DNA of 64,000 nucleotides from Lama glama. Lineage: Eukaryota. Within the stretch, counting starts at the first letter, position 1; each line of letters opens with the position of its first letter. The stretch lies in the NCBI GenBank assembly GCA_028534125.1, contig CM052817.1, positions 80,044,001 through 80,108,000 of the forward strand, written 5' to 3'. The notes beneath the pieces are model-generated. The model saw only the letters and a program-made list of their open reading frames with translations. It was not told the DNA's origin and did no database searches. Positions 51,771 through 64,000 of this stretch are shown here, piece after piece. A program made the position numbers and the translations under genes.

Positions 51771-54700
51771 CCCATCTGTAAAGGAGAGTAGGTCCACACG
51801 GACAGACCTTCACCCAGGGGAGCTCCCTTGCCTGCTGGAAAATCTGTGCTGGGTCAGATAGAAATGAGAGACACCTAGATTCTACTTGTGAGAAGTGTGC
51901 CTGTGCTGGCTTGCTAACAATCAGAGTGGAGAGAGACCAGCTGGTGGCTGCCACCTTGTTGCACTTCCCAATCTGAAGAGGCCAAAGCCTCGGCCCTGCT
52001 AGCTCCACACCACAGCCTGGAGCGAGATCACGGAAGAGATTTGGTCTAGCTGTGCAGAGACAGACCAGGGCACCTGAGGTGTGATCTGGACCAAATCGTA
52101 GAGACTACTGTCAGTGCACACCCAGGGGTGGCAGACGGAACCAGACAGACACAGTCAGTGTGCGCAGCAGCACATTTCCTGAAGGGAGTGCTCCAGTTTC
52201 ACCCACTCCACGCTGTAATTTGGAGCTGGAACTGGGGCAGACAAGTCCTTGGAGAGGTCTGCCACAGAGGCTGCCCAGGTCCCAGGAGGCAGGACAGCCA
52301 CCTCAACTTCTGCGGCCACAACACTCTGGCCCCCAGACCCAACTTACTCCACACCACTGCCTAGCACTAGGTCTGGGACAAACACAATGGAGAAAGGGAC
52401 ATGATCTTGGGCTGCTTCTGGGTGGAACTGCAGACACCTGCACGTGCAGTGCCTAAGTTCACTGTGACTGCAAGGGCCTCACTTGCTTCAGTGGTCACCT
52501 CCTTGGGGAAGGGCATGCACTCAAGGGCAATGGAGCTTAATCAAACCCAACCCTCTAGGCTTCTACTCCAAGGAGACTCACACCAACACATATAATTAAA
52601 ATGGCAAAAGTTAGAGAAGATTCTAAAAACAGCAAAAGAAAAACAGAGAGTCAGTTGCAAGAGAACTGTCGTAAGTCCATCAGCTGATTTCTCTGCAGAA
52701 ATGTTGTAGGCCAGAGGGAATGGCATGATATATTCAAAATCCTGAAAGGAAAAAACTTGCAACCAAAGATACTCCACCCAGCAAGATCATCACTTAGAAT
52801 AGAAGGAGAAAGAATTTCTCAGACAAGCAAAAACTAAAAGAATACAGCAACACTAAATCTACCCAAAAAGAATACTTAAAAGTCTTCTCTACATAGAAAA
52901 CAAGCAAGAATTCACAGGAAAGAGAAAAATCACAATAGGAATGGCAAATATAGAAAAGAACTGAAGATAACTTAAATAAGCCAGCACATAGATTAAAAAA
53001 AATAAAAATTCTGTAAAAGTGATTATAACTACATGAACAGCAAAAGGATAAGAATGAAGACATAACGCAGGACACCAAATCACAAAATGTGGAGAAAGGA
53101 AGTAGGAAAATGTACATCTTTTAGATTGAGTTTCAACTTGTATAAATATCAGTTTAAAGCAAGTAGATAAAGTTATGGGTCAACATACTTGAAAACCAGG
53201 GTAGCTACAAATTAAAAACAACAGAATCCCAGAAATAAAAAAAGGACCTCAAAGCATACGGCAGAAGTAAACCATCAAAACAAAAAAGAAAAAAAAATGA
53301 ACAAAGAAGAACTACAAAAACAATTGGAAAAAGGTTTAAAATGGTAATAAGTAGATACCTATCAATAATTACTTTAAATGTCAATGGACTAAATATTCTG
53401 ATCAAAATACAAACAGGGGCAGAATGGACAAAAAACTCAGAACCTACAATATGCTGTCTACAAGAGACTCACTTCAGATGAAAGACATATCCAGACTGAA
53501 AGTGAAGGAATGGAAAAAGATATTTCATACAAATGGAAATGACAAGAAAGTAGGGGTAGCAATACTCATAACAGACAAAAACAGACTTTAAAACAAAATT
53601 CATAAAAGGACATCATATAATGATGAAGGTTTAATACAAGAAGAGGATATTATACACATTAACATACGTGCACCCAATATAGGAGTATCTTTATTAATAT
53701 ATAAAATACTAACAGATATAAAGGGAGAAATTAACAGGAATACAATAATAGTAGGAGACTTTAACAATCCACTGACATCCAAGGACAGATCTTCCAGACA
53801 GAAAATCAGTAAGATAACAGAGGTCCTAAATGACATAACAGAACTGTTGGACTTAGTTGATATCTACAGGACACTACATCCAAAAAATTCAGAATACACA
53901 TTCTTTTCAATCATGCATGGAACATTTTCTAGGACAGACCACATACTAGGTCACAAGACAAACCTCCACAAAGTTAAGAGGATAGAAATTATTTCAAGCA
54001 TCTTTTCTGACCACAATGATATGAAACTAGAAATCAACCACAGGGGAAAAAAATGGGAAAAGAATGCACATATGGAGACTAAACAACATGCCACTAAAAA
54101 CCCAATAGGTCAACAATAAAATCAAAGAAGAAATAAGAAAATACCTTGAGACAGACAAGAATGAAAACACAACCTTACAAAATCTATAGGATGCAATAAA
54201 AGCAGTTCTAAGAGGGAATTCATAGCAATACAGGTCTTCCTCAAGAAGCAAGAAAATCTCAAACAACCTAACCCTACCACCTAAAAGAATCAGAAAAAGA
54301 ACAAACAAAACCCAAAGTCAGCAGAAGGAAGGAAATTATAATGACCAGAGAAGAAATAAATAAAAAATAAATTAAAAAAATAGAAAAGATCAATAACCCA
54401 AAAACTGGATCAACAAAATTAACAAACCTCTATCCAGGCTCAAAGGAGAGAGGACCCAAACAGACAAAATAAGAAATGAAAGAGAAATAACTGATGCCAC
54501 AGAAATAAAAAAAAAAAATCATGAGAATAGTACAGTGATATGCCAAATACTGGACAACCAAGAAGAAATGGACAATTTTCAAGAAACATAAAGCCTGTCA
54601 AAACTGAGTCAAGAAGAAAAAGATAATTTGATCACTAGAAATGAAGCAGACACTGTAATAAAAACAAACAAACAAACCCCAAATGTCCAAGACCAATGGC

Positions 54701-57361
54701 TTTACTGGGGAATTCTACCAAACAATGAAGAACTTACACCTATCCTTCTCAAACTCTTCCAAAAGACGGAAGAGGAGAGAACACTCCCAAAGTCATTCTA
54801 TGAAGCCACCATACCCTGGTAAGAAAACCAGAAAAAGACACTACAAAAAAGGAAAATTACGTCAGTATCTTTCATGAATATAGATGCAAAAATCCTCGAC
54901 AAAATATTTGCTAACTGAATACAACAATACATAAAAAAGGATCATACACTATGATGAAGTTGGATTCATCTCATGATCACAGGATAGTTCAACATATGCA
55001 AATCAATCAATGTGATACACTATATTAAGGGAAAAGACAAAACCCACACAATCATCTCAATGGATGCAGATAAAACATTTCACAAAATTCAACATCCATT
55101 CATGATGAAAACTCTCACCAAACTGAGTATAAGGGACCCATATCTCAACATAATCAAAGTCATTTACAACAAACCCAACGTAATACTCAAAGTAAAAAGC
55201 TGAAAGCCTTCTTGCTAGGTTCAGAAACTAACAGGGATGCCCACTCTTACCACTTCTTTCAACATAGTATTGGAAGTCCTAGCCAAAATAACCAGAAGAG
55301 AAAAAGAAACAAAAGGTATCCAGATTGAAAGGAAAGAGGTAAAACTGTCATTATCTGCAGATGACATGATACTGTACACAGAGAACCCTAGAGTCTCCAC
55401 ACAAAAACTAGTAAGAATAAATGAATTCTGTAAGGTAGTAGAATACAAGATTAAACATACAGTAATCTGTTGTACTTCTTTACACTAACAATGAAGTAGA
55501 GACAGTTTTTAAAAATCCCATTTAAAAATCACATAAAAAAATAAAATACCTAGGAATAAACCTAAATAAGGAGATGAAAGACTTTTACCCTTAAAACTAT
55601 AAAACACTGATAAAGGAAAGTGAAGATGATTCAAAGAAATGGAATAATATCCCATGCTCTTGGATGGGAAGAATAAATATTGTTACAATGGCCATACTCA
55701 AAGCAATCTACAAATTTAATGCAGTCCCTATCAAAATATCCAGGATATTTTTTCATAGAACTAGAAAAAATAATCCTAAAATTTATGTGGAACCACAAAA
55801 GTCCCAGAATTGCCAAAGCAATCCTGAGGAAATAGATCAAAGCTGGAGGCACATCCTTTCTAGACTTCAGACAACACTACAACCTACAGTAACCAAAATA
55901 ATGGTACTAGCACAAAAACAAACACATAGGTCAACAGAACAGAATAAAGAGCCCAAAATAAACCCACACACCTACAGTCAATTTATTTATGATAAAGGAT
56001 GCAAAAATACCCAATGAGGAAAACACAGTCTCTTCAACAAGTGATGTGGGAAAGCTGGACAGTTACAGTAAATAAATGAAATCAGAACACTCTCCTACAC
56101 CATATACAAAAATGAACTCAAAATGGTTTAAGACCTAAATATAAGACATTACACATAAAACACCTAGAAGAGAATACAGCTAGACATTCTCAGACATACA
56201 TTGTAGCAATATTTTCTTAGAACAGTCTCCCAAGGCAGAATAAATAAAAAGCGAAAATAAACAAATGGGATCTAATTAAACTGAAGAGCTTTTGCACAGC
56301 AAAGAAAACCATAAACAAAATGAGAAGATAACCTGCAGAATGGGAGAAAATATCCACAAACAATGGGACTAAGAAGGGGCTAATGGCCAAAATGTACAAA
56401 CAGCTCATACAACTATTATCAAAAAATAAACCCAATCAAAAATGGGCAGAAGACCTAAGTAGACATTTCTCCAAAAAAGACATACAGATGGCCAATAGGC
56501 ACATGAAAAGATCCTCAACATCACTAATTATTAGAGAAATGTGAATCAAAACCACAATGAGGTATCATTTCACACTGGTCAGAATGGCTATCATTCAAAA
56601 GTCTACAAACAAATGATGGAGAGGGTGTGGAGAAAAGGGAACCCTCCTACACTGTTGGTGGGAACGTAAATTGGTGCAGCCACTATGGAAAGCAGTATGG
56701 AGGTTCCATAAAAATCTAAAAATGGAGCTACCATATGATCCCATAATCCCACTCCTGGGTATATATCTGGAAAAGATGAAAACTCTAATTCAAAAAGATA
56801 CATGCATCTTCACGTTCATCACAGCATTATTTACCACAGCCAAGACATAGAAACAACCTATGTGTCTATCAACAGATGACTGGCTTAAGAAGATGCAGTA
56901 TGTAAATATACAGTGGAATATTACTCAGCCACATAAAAGAATGAAATTGCCATTTGCAGCAACATGGATGGACCTAGAGAATATTACAATTAGTGAAGTC
57001 AGACAGAAAAGGACAAATATTATGTATCTCTTCTATGTGGAATCTAAAAAATTATACAAATGAATCTATGTAAAAAACAGAAACAGACTCACAGATATAG
57101 AAAACACACTCATGATTTCCAAAGGGGAAAGGGAAGGGGTAGGGATAAATTAGGAGTATGTACAGCATTAACAGATAGAAACTACTATACACAAAATAGA
57201 TAAGCAATGAGTAGTTACTCTATAGAATAGTGAACTAAATTCAGTATCTTGTAATATCCTATAATGGAAAATAATCTGAAAAATATATATGTAACTGCTG
57301 CATCACTTGCTGTACACTTGAAACAGAATATTATAAATCAACTATACTTCAATAAAAAAAT
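51771..57361 (+). mobile_element. Near full-length decayed L1 (partial 5' UTR, ORF1 3' half, ORF2, 3' UTR)
   Basis: ORF2 fragments ([32 protein letters not shown]); A-tail at 57351-57360; ATTTTACCACT at 51760-51770 and 57362-57372. Confidence 0.92.
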
Positions 57362-57427
57362 ATTTTACCACTTGCTGCACTACTGGCCATAATGGATTTT
57401 TTTAAATCATTACTTTCACACTATGTA

Positions 57428-57788
57428 GAATGGACTGAATGTTTATGCTCCTTCTCCACAATCTCCCCAATCCAATTCATATGTTTAAACCCTAATCCCT
57501 AATGTGATGGTATCATGAAATTGGGCCTTTGGGAGGTGATTATGTCATGAGAGTGAACTCCTTATGAATGGGAACAGTGCCCTTATAAAAGAGATCCCAG
57601 AGAGTTCCCTTGTCCCCTCCACCATGTGAGAACCTCTATGAACCAGGAAGCAGACATCACAAGACACCAAATCCACCAATGCCTTGAGGCCTACCCAGCT
57701 TCCAGAACTGTTAGAAATAAATGTTTCGTTGTTTAAGCTACCCAGTCTATAGTATTTTTGTTATAGCAGCCTGAATAGACTAAGATAC
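57428..57788 (+). mobile_element. MaLR solo LTR (MLT1A-like)
   Basis: ATGGACTGAATGTTT...GGGCCTTTGGGAGGTGAT...TTGTTATAGCAGCCTGAATAGACTAAGA. Confidence 0.8.
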
Positions 57789-58389
57789 CATGTCAGCCCC
57801 TTTCTGAGATCTGTGCCTTTATATATGCAATTTCAATTTTTTCAGTGTTTTTTTACCTTTTTTTTTCCTGGTAGCTCCTACTCAGTTTCACACTCAGTTT
57901 AAATATTACCTCCAACGAGAAGTCTTTATGGGTTTTTAAAGGCAGTTAGTTGCTACAGTGTATTGTATGACTGCTTTCCAAAATGGATAGTAAGCTGCAG
58001 GGTATTGGGGATATTGTCTTATTAATCTTCATTCTCAGCACATGGCTCAGACTGGAAGCTTAAGGAATGTTGAATGAATGAAGAACACCCTAACAGTCTG
58101 TGAGAAACAGGGCTGTCTTCCCAGTTATATACAGCCATTTATAATTTTCCTGTAGCCATCAAATAGAGAGCAACATTGAGGTTCCTCTGACATTTTAAGG
58201 CCTTTGTAAGTATTTTTTGGATTAAATAGATGTCTAAATGACCCATAGCTGCTTAGAAATGACTTAAAATATCTTTCTGTAATTCTTTGAGTATATCAAA
58301 ATTTCTACTTTTATTTTTAGAGAAAGTTTCATTTTTCTCTAGAGAGAGCTAAATATTTAGAAAGCAATTTATAAAACAAAGCAACTTAC

Positions 58390-58445
58390 TTTATTTCGAT
58401 CTTGTACAACCAATATTTTTCTAGTATTTTCATCAAATACAGCTC
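58390..58445 (-). CDS. NUDT6: NUDT6 internal coding exon (56 nt)
   Basis: AATAG|GAGCTGTATTTGATG...CGAAATAAA|GTAAGT on the - strand gives (G)AVFDENTRKILVVQDRNK, in frame (phase 0) with [10 protein letters not shown]. Confidence 0.96.
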
Positions 58446-60484
58446 CTATTGGGGTGAAAAATAATTGAGAAATATGAATTTCATTCACTTTAGACTCCTC
58501 CTACACTATTACATGTGGCCATTAAAATCCTACCCATTTCCACAGGCCTAGTTCAAACATCCACCTCATCCATGTAGACTTGTAAAATCTCTCCACCAAG
58601 AAAACTGGTTGTTCAGTTATCTAGTTCATTTTACAACTCTGAGTACCAGTGATGGTTCTAGCACATGCTAGCTTGTATAGAACCATCTGCGTCTTTTCTA
58701 GATCATCTATTCTTGACAGTACAGTTAAATAAGTCTTTCTATCCTTTTTTTAACCATTTCCTTTATTGTACAATTTTAAGTGCTTAAAAGTATTTACTGA
58801 ATAAGTGAATTGACTCTACCATTCTCATTTTTATTTCCTGAATCACTATGTATAGAAAATGGGTTGTGCTCCCTGACGATCCAAATCTCAGGTATCTCAG
58901 TATTCAGTTCAAGACATCCTTGAAGCCACTTAAATTTCTTTACCATGTATATACACAACTTTATAACATATTACCTTGGAATACTTATTTATTTTATATT
59001 TTAAGGTCTAGTCCATTTCTTTTACTTATTCATTCATTATGTACACTGCCCTGCACACTGGGCATTTTGCTAGATGTTAGGAACTCAAAAATAAGTAAGT
59101 TTTCTTTTCAGGTAATCCTGGGTCAAAAATACAAATGACATTTTAAAGATTTATATTAGGTTCCTTTAAATGCTATAATTTAAAAATAATATGTATTTAC
59201 ATAGTGTGAGAAGATACTGTTAGGAAGGTATTTTCCACTTATTCATCAATAGTTTTAATATTACTTGAACTCCAATATATAATACATATAGGTTCTGTAT
59301 ACAGTACACTCACTGAGGTCCTGTTTTGCGTCAGGCACTTGTCTAGCTGCTAGGGACATAGTGCAGACAGAAGAAAATTCCCTATCCTTATAGGGCTCAT
59401 GTTCTGGTGTCTGTATGAGAAGGTGACAAATATATAAACAAAAAATAAATTATACAGAACATGAGAAGGTAATAAATGCTATGTAGAGATAAAATATAGC
59501 AGGAAATAGATATGTGCAACACAAAGGAGCAATCTTCTCTGGAATTAAAACATCACATTTTAATATTTCAAAGCAAGAAGGAAAGCTACAAAGTGAGATA
59601 TAATTAACATTAATGTTGGCTTCTGTTGAAAAATATAAACTATAATTTAATTAGATTTACAAGGGACAGAATGCCAGAGAAATGCCAAGGAAACCTACTC
59701 TTAAATTTTAATAATTTGTGATTACTCAAATTGAACTTTTCCCTAGTTGACTACAAACATGAGCAAAATACTTATTCCAGACAAAACTGGCACTGCTAAA
59801 GCACCATGTGAGCGACCCCTGCTGGTCTCAACATAAAAAAATAAATCTAAAGAGATCAGGGATTAAAAGGAGGTTACTATTATATTACTATGATTAGTCA
59901 AGTACTGTGCTAAATGTCTTTATCTCAGCTATTCTCATAATTATCCTGAGTGCCTACAGCTGACATCCTGTCTGGATCCGAGCAGGCATTCTTCTCTCTG
60001 TGCAACACTAGCCTTTCCCCACACCACCACTTCCTTTTCAGAGGGCTGATGTTTCCACTTGAAGATCTATCCAATCATTCATGCAAGAAATATTTAGTGT
60101 GCATCTACTTTATACCAGACACTGTGCTTAGCCTGAGGATACAGAAGTAAACAAGCCAGGTGAAATATCTCCCCTCGTGGGGGAAATTAAGCACGTGATA
60201 ATTTCAGATTGTGATAAATGCTGTTAAGAAAAACTGGGTATCCCGAGCTGGGTAAAGGGACAAAGGATGACGGGACTGGCATGCAGGAGGACTCCATGTT
60301 AGACAGGAAGGTTGGGAGTTTTTCAGAGAAGGTATCTGAGCACAGGCCTCAGCTCTAAAGAGCTAGATAAACAAAGCCCTGGGGAAGAGCACTGTAGAAA
60401 TAAGAACCAGTATGTTTTTCAGTTTCCTCTGAGGCAAATAAAAGCTTGCTATATTTAAAGAACATAAAGAAAGCTATATTGCTG

Positions 60485-61165
60485 TGAAAAGATGCTCAAC
60501 ATCATTAATTGTTACAGAAACGCAAGTTGAAACTAAAATGAGATATTACCTCACACCAGTCAGAATGGCCATCATTAAAAAGTCTACAAATAATAAATGC
60601 TGGAGAGGCTGTGGAGAAAAGGGAACCCTCCTATACTGCTGGTAGGAATGTAAATTGGTGCAGCCACTATGGAGGACAGTATGGATATTCCACAAAAAAC
60701 TAAAAATAGACTTACAGTATGATCCAGCAATGCCATTCCTGGGCATGTATCTAGAGGAAAATATAATTTGAAAAGACACATGCACCCCAATGTTCACAGC
60801 AGCACTATTTACAATAGCCAAAATGGAAACAACCTAAAGGTTCATTGACAGATGACTGGATAAAGATGTGGTATGTGTGCATATACATACACACACACAC
60901 ACAGTGGATACTACTCAGCCATAAAAAATAAAATAATGCCATTTGCAGCAACATGGATACACCTGGAGATCATCATTCTAAGCCAGAAAGAGAAAGAAAA
61001 ATACCATATGATATTGCTTATATATGGAATCTGAAAAAAAGGACACAAATGAACTTATCTACAACACAGAAACAGACTCACAGACCTAGAGAACAAACTT
61101 ATGATTTCCAGGGGGTTAAACAGGGGGGTTGGGGGAGGGATAAATTGAGAATTCAAAATTTGCAC
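60485..61165 (+). mobile_element. L1 3' fragment
   Basis: ORF2 C-terminal and 3' UTR motifs shared with 41640-42360. Confidence 0.85.
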
Positions 61166-61339
61166 CTCTTGGGGAGTGATGGAAATGTTAGCTATCTTGA
61201 TTGTGACGGTGGTTTCATTGGTAGACATGTCTATCAAAATTCATCAAATTGTACATCTGAAATATGTGTAGGTTACTTACAGGAATCATACCACAATAAA
61301 GATATTAAAAAAATTAAGCAAGCTATAGATCACTCCATT

Positions 61340-62830
61340 CAAGTGCTGGGGAGGAAAGATTTTTTTCTTCTGCCCACTTAGGTTCTGTGTCTGGGAATTG
61401 TGAGTTGAGCTGAGAAGAGGATAGATCAATGGATAAAAAGTATGTAAGTTTTATTTGATGTTAATATTTTTATATGGCCTGGGGTGGGGGTGGAGAGCTT
61501 CAAAGAAAGCAGTGAAAATCCCTCAAAAGTGGTTAGACTTGGGGCTTATGTACCATTGTAAAAAAGAAGGATAAACTGTGAAGAAATGACAAAAGTGTTT
61601 GGGGTAGGGGAGGTAAATTGTGAAAAAGTGACTAGGAAATATACGGGGGAAACTAATAGAACATAAGGATTTCTTTTCTGAATTCTTATTTTTTAATTGA
61701 AGTGTAGTTGACTTAAAATGTTAGTTTCATGTGTGTAGCAAAGCAATTCAGTTACACATATATATACATACATTTTCAGATTCTTTTCCATTACAGCTCA
61801 TTACAAGAAACTGAATATAGTTTCCTGTGCTATACAGCAGGTCCTTGTTGTTTACCTATTTCACATGTAGTAACGTGTATCTGTTAATCCTAAATTCCAA
61901 ATTTATCCACCCTTTCCCCTTTTCCCCACTGGTAACCACAGTTTGTTTTCTATGTCCATGAGTCTACTTCTGGTTTGTAAATAAAACATGTATTTTCTTT
62001 CTTTCTTTCTTTTTATAGTTTCCACATATAAGCAATATCATATATTTGTCTTCGACTTCACATAGTATGATAATCTCTAGGACCGTTCATGTTGCTACAA
62101 ATGGAATTACTTCATTCTTTTTAAGGCTGAATAATATTCCATTATATAGACACACACACCCCCCTGCTCATCTCTCAATGGACATTAAGACAGTTTTCAT
62201 GTCTTGGCTATTGTATACAGTGCTGGTATGAACACTGGGGTGCATTTGTCTTTTTGAGTTGTAGTTTTCTCAGGATACATGCCCAGGAGTGGGATTGCTG
62301 GTTCATATGGTAAGTTTATTTTTAGTTTAAGGAAACTTCATACTGTCCTCCACAGTGGCTGCACCCAATTACATTCCCACCAGCAGTGTAGGAGGGTTCC
62401 CTTTTCTCCACAGCCTCTTCAGCATTTATTATTTATAGATTTTTTAATGATGGCCATTCTGACTGGTGTGAGGTGATATCTCACTGTAGTTTTGATTTGC
62501 ATTTCTCTAATAATTAGTGATATTAAGCATCTTTTCAAATGTGTCTGTTGGCCATCTGTATATCTTCACTGGAGAATTGTCTCTTTAACTCTTCTCATTT
62601 TATAAGGGTTGTTTTAATAAAGTTTGTATACACTCATTTCAGTGTCAACTCCCCATCTCTGGTGATAAGAAATGTTCTCCTTTTCATGGAACAAGAAACT
62701 TATGCCCTGCTTTTAGGTAGGAGCAGGAAGAGAGTCCTTCCTGCATCTGTTTTTCAACTGATCTCCAGCTCAAAATAATCAATATGCCAAAAGTGGTATA
62801 TTTTGGGGTGGTATGTTCTGACTCCCTTCA
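61340..62830. mobile_element. ERV1-like LTR split by an L1 insertion (pieces at about 61340-61670 and 62600-62830)
   Basis: Terminal CAGCTCAAAATAATCAATATGCCAAAAGTGGTATATTTTGGGGTGG...CCCTTCA motif is typical of ERV1-class LTRs; family uncertain. Confidence 0.5.
61688..62600 (-). mobile_element. 5'-truncated L1 3' end
   Basis: Reverse L1 3' UTR and ORF2 end, similar to the reverse complement of 60485-61165. Confidence 0.85.
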
Positions 62831-63464
62831 CCAGCTACACCTGCCTTCTGTTGCTTATAACAAATGTCAACTATTATTTTTTCACCTAAAAAACTGTGTA
62901 CCTTTCCAGGACAATTTGTTACATTATCTCTCTACCCCAATAGAACTTGAAATCCTAGGTAGTCTTACAGACTCTGGTCAAGTTCTGTATCTCTCATTCC
63001 CTAAATTCCTATAGTGTATCTTAACTATAATATATGATACAGCACTTAGTTATAAACAAATCCTTCACAGGACACTGTTTATGCATATATTACCAAATCT
63101 GTAGGAACAGCTGGAAACTCTATTTGAAAGTCTGTACCAATGAATCAATAATTATCTATATGACTTTCGAACAAAGTGTTGGCTGTCTTCAAATTATTAA
63201 GCAGTCTTTTGAAGTAGAGGTGAATGGAAAGTTTACGAATTGCTACAGGGGCGCCAGACCATTGACAGAGAAAACATCAGAGATGCTTTAACAACACCTT
63301 TAAAAGACTTCAAAGATGCAAACTACCTTTAAAAACCTATTGTAAGTTACATAAAGACAAATAATATTATTACTAATTAATACACACTACTGCTTTAATT
63401 TATTTTAAATTATAAGGGTTCTTTTCTATTTTTGTTTTTCTGGAAAATCTAGGAATTTTCTTCA

Positions 63465-63655
63465 CCTTGCTTCTCAAAGGGTAGTTCTAGGGCCAGCATA
63501 TTAGCAGCTGCAGCAGCAGAGAACTTATTAGAAGTACAATTCTCAAGCCCCTCCCCAGACCAACTCAATTAGAAACTCTTGGGACCGAGGCACAGCAATC
63601 TGGTTTAACAAGCCCTCCAGGTGATTCTGATACACTCTACAATTTGAGAACTGTC
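63465..63655. mobile_element. MER5A-like hAT-Charlie relic
   Basis: TTCTCAAAG...TTTAACAAGCCCTCCAGGTGATTCTGAT...TTTGAGAAC with inverted termini. Confidence 0.75.
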
Positions 63656-64000
63656 TTAACCTAAAGCAAGTATTCTCTCAAGACTATGTTTCTGAAGCTA
63701 ACCAGTGACTTCAAAACTCTGTATTTAAATTATGCTATTTTAAACAACTGTTTGGCACACTGACTTAATGTAGATATCTTTAAGATGTTCAAAATCACTG
63801 AAAAACTGGTTTGCTTTACCTAAAATTCAACTTAAATGCTATCTTTTATTTTACTAATTCATATAATTAGTATTAATATGTTTTACCATAATGAAATGAA
63901 TTAATTTAGTGTAACTATGTCAGTAGTGACGTTCAAATATCTTGGGTAAAACATGTTCAAACATATCCTTTGGAAAACCACACACTAAACTTGCTTGTTC

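Noticed and set aside
32715..57361. Active L1 or intact ORF2
   Set aside because: All ORF1 and ORF2 copies are broken by many stops and frameshifts.

Overview
Mammalian genomic DNA, most likely a camelid (a vic-1-type tRNA-derived SINE is present), covering the convergent FGF2 / NUDT6 (FGF-AS/GFG) locus. The + strand carries FGF2 intronic sequence (1-22627, with a 500-N gap at 13752-14251), the last coding exon (22628-22813) and an approximately 5 kb 3' UTR. The - strand carries three NUDT6 coding exons (58390-58445, 27292-27346, 23189-23586). The last two lie inside the FGF2 3' UTR and together encode the Nudix box. FGF2 exon 2 and the first NUDT6 exons were not found. The 31 kb NUDT6 intron (27347-58389) is filled with L1 elements and contains a decayed CSGALNACT2 retrocopy. 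It also contains a TSD-bounded composite ORF1-only (HAL1-like) retroelement nested in a full-length L1, which appears to carry a 3' transduction and shares an unusual 3' tail with a neighbouring L1. No new protein-coding gene is supported. Repeat subfamily names and most repeat boundaries come from recognition by eye and are approximate.
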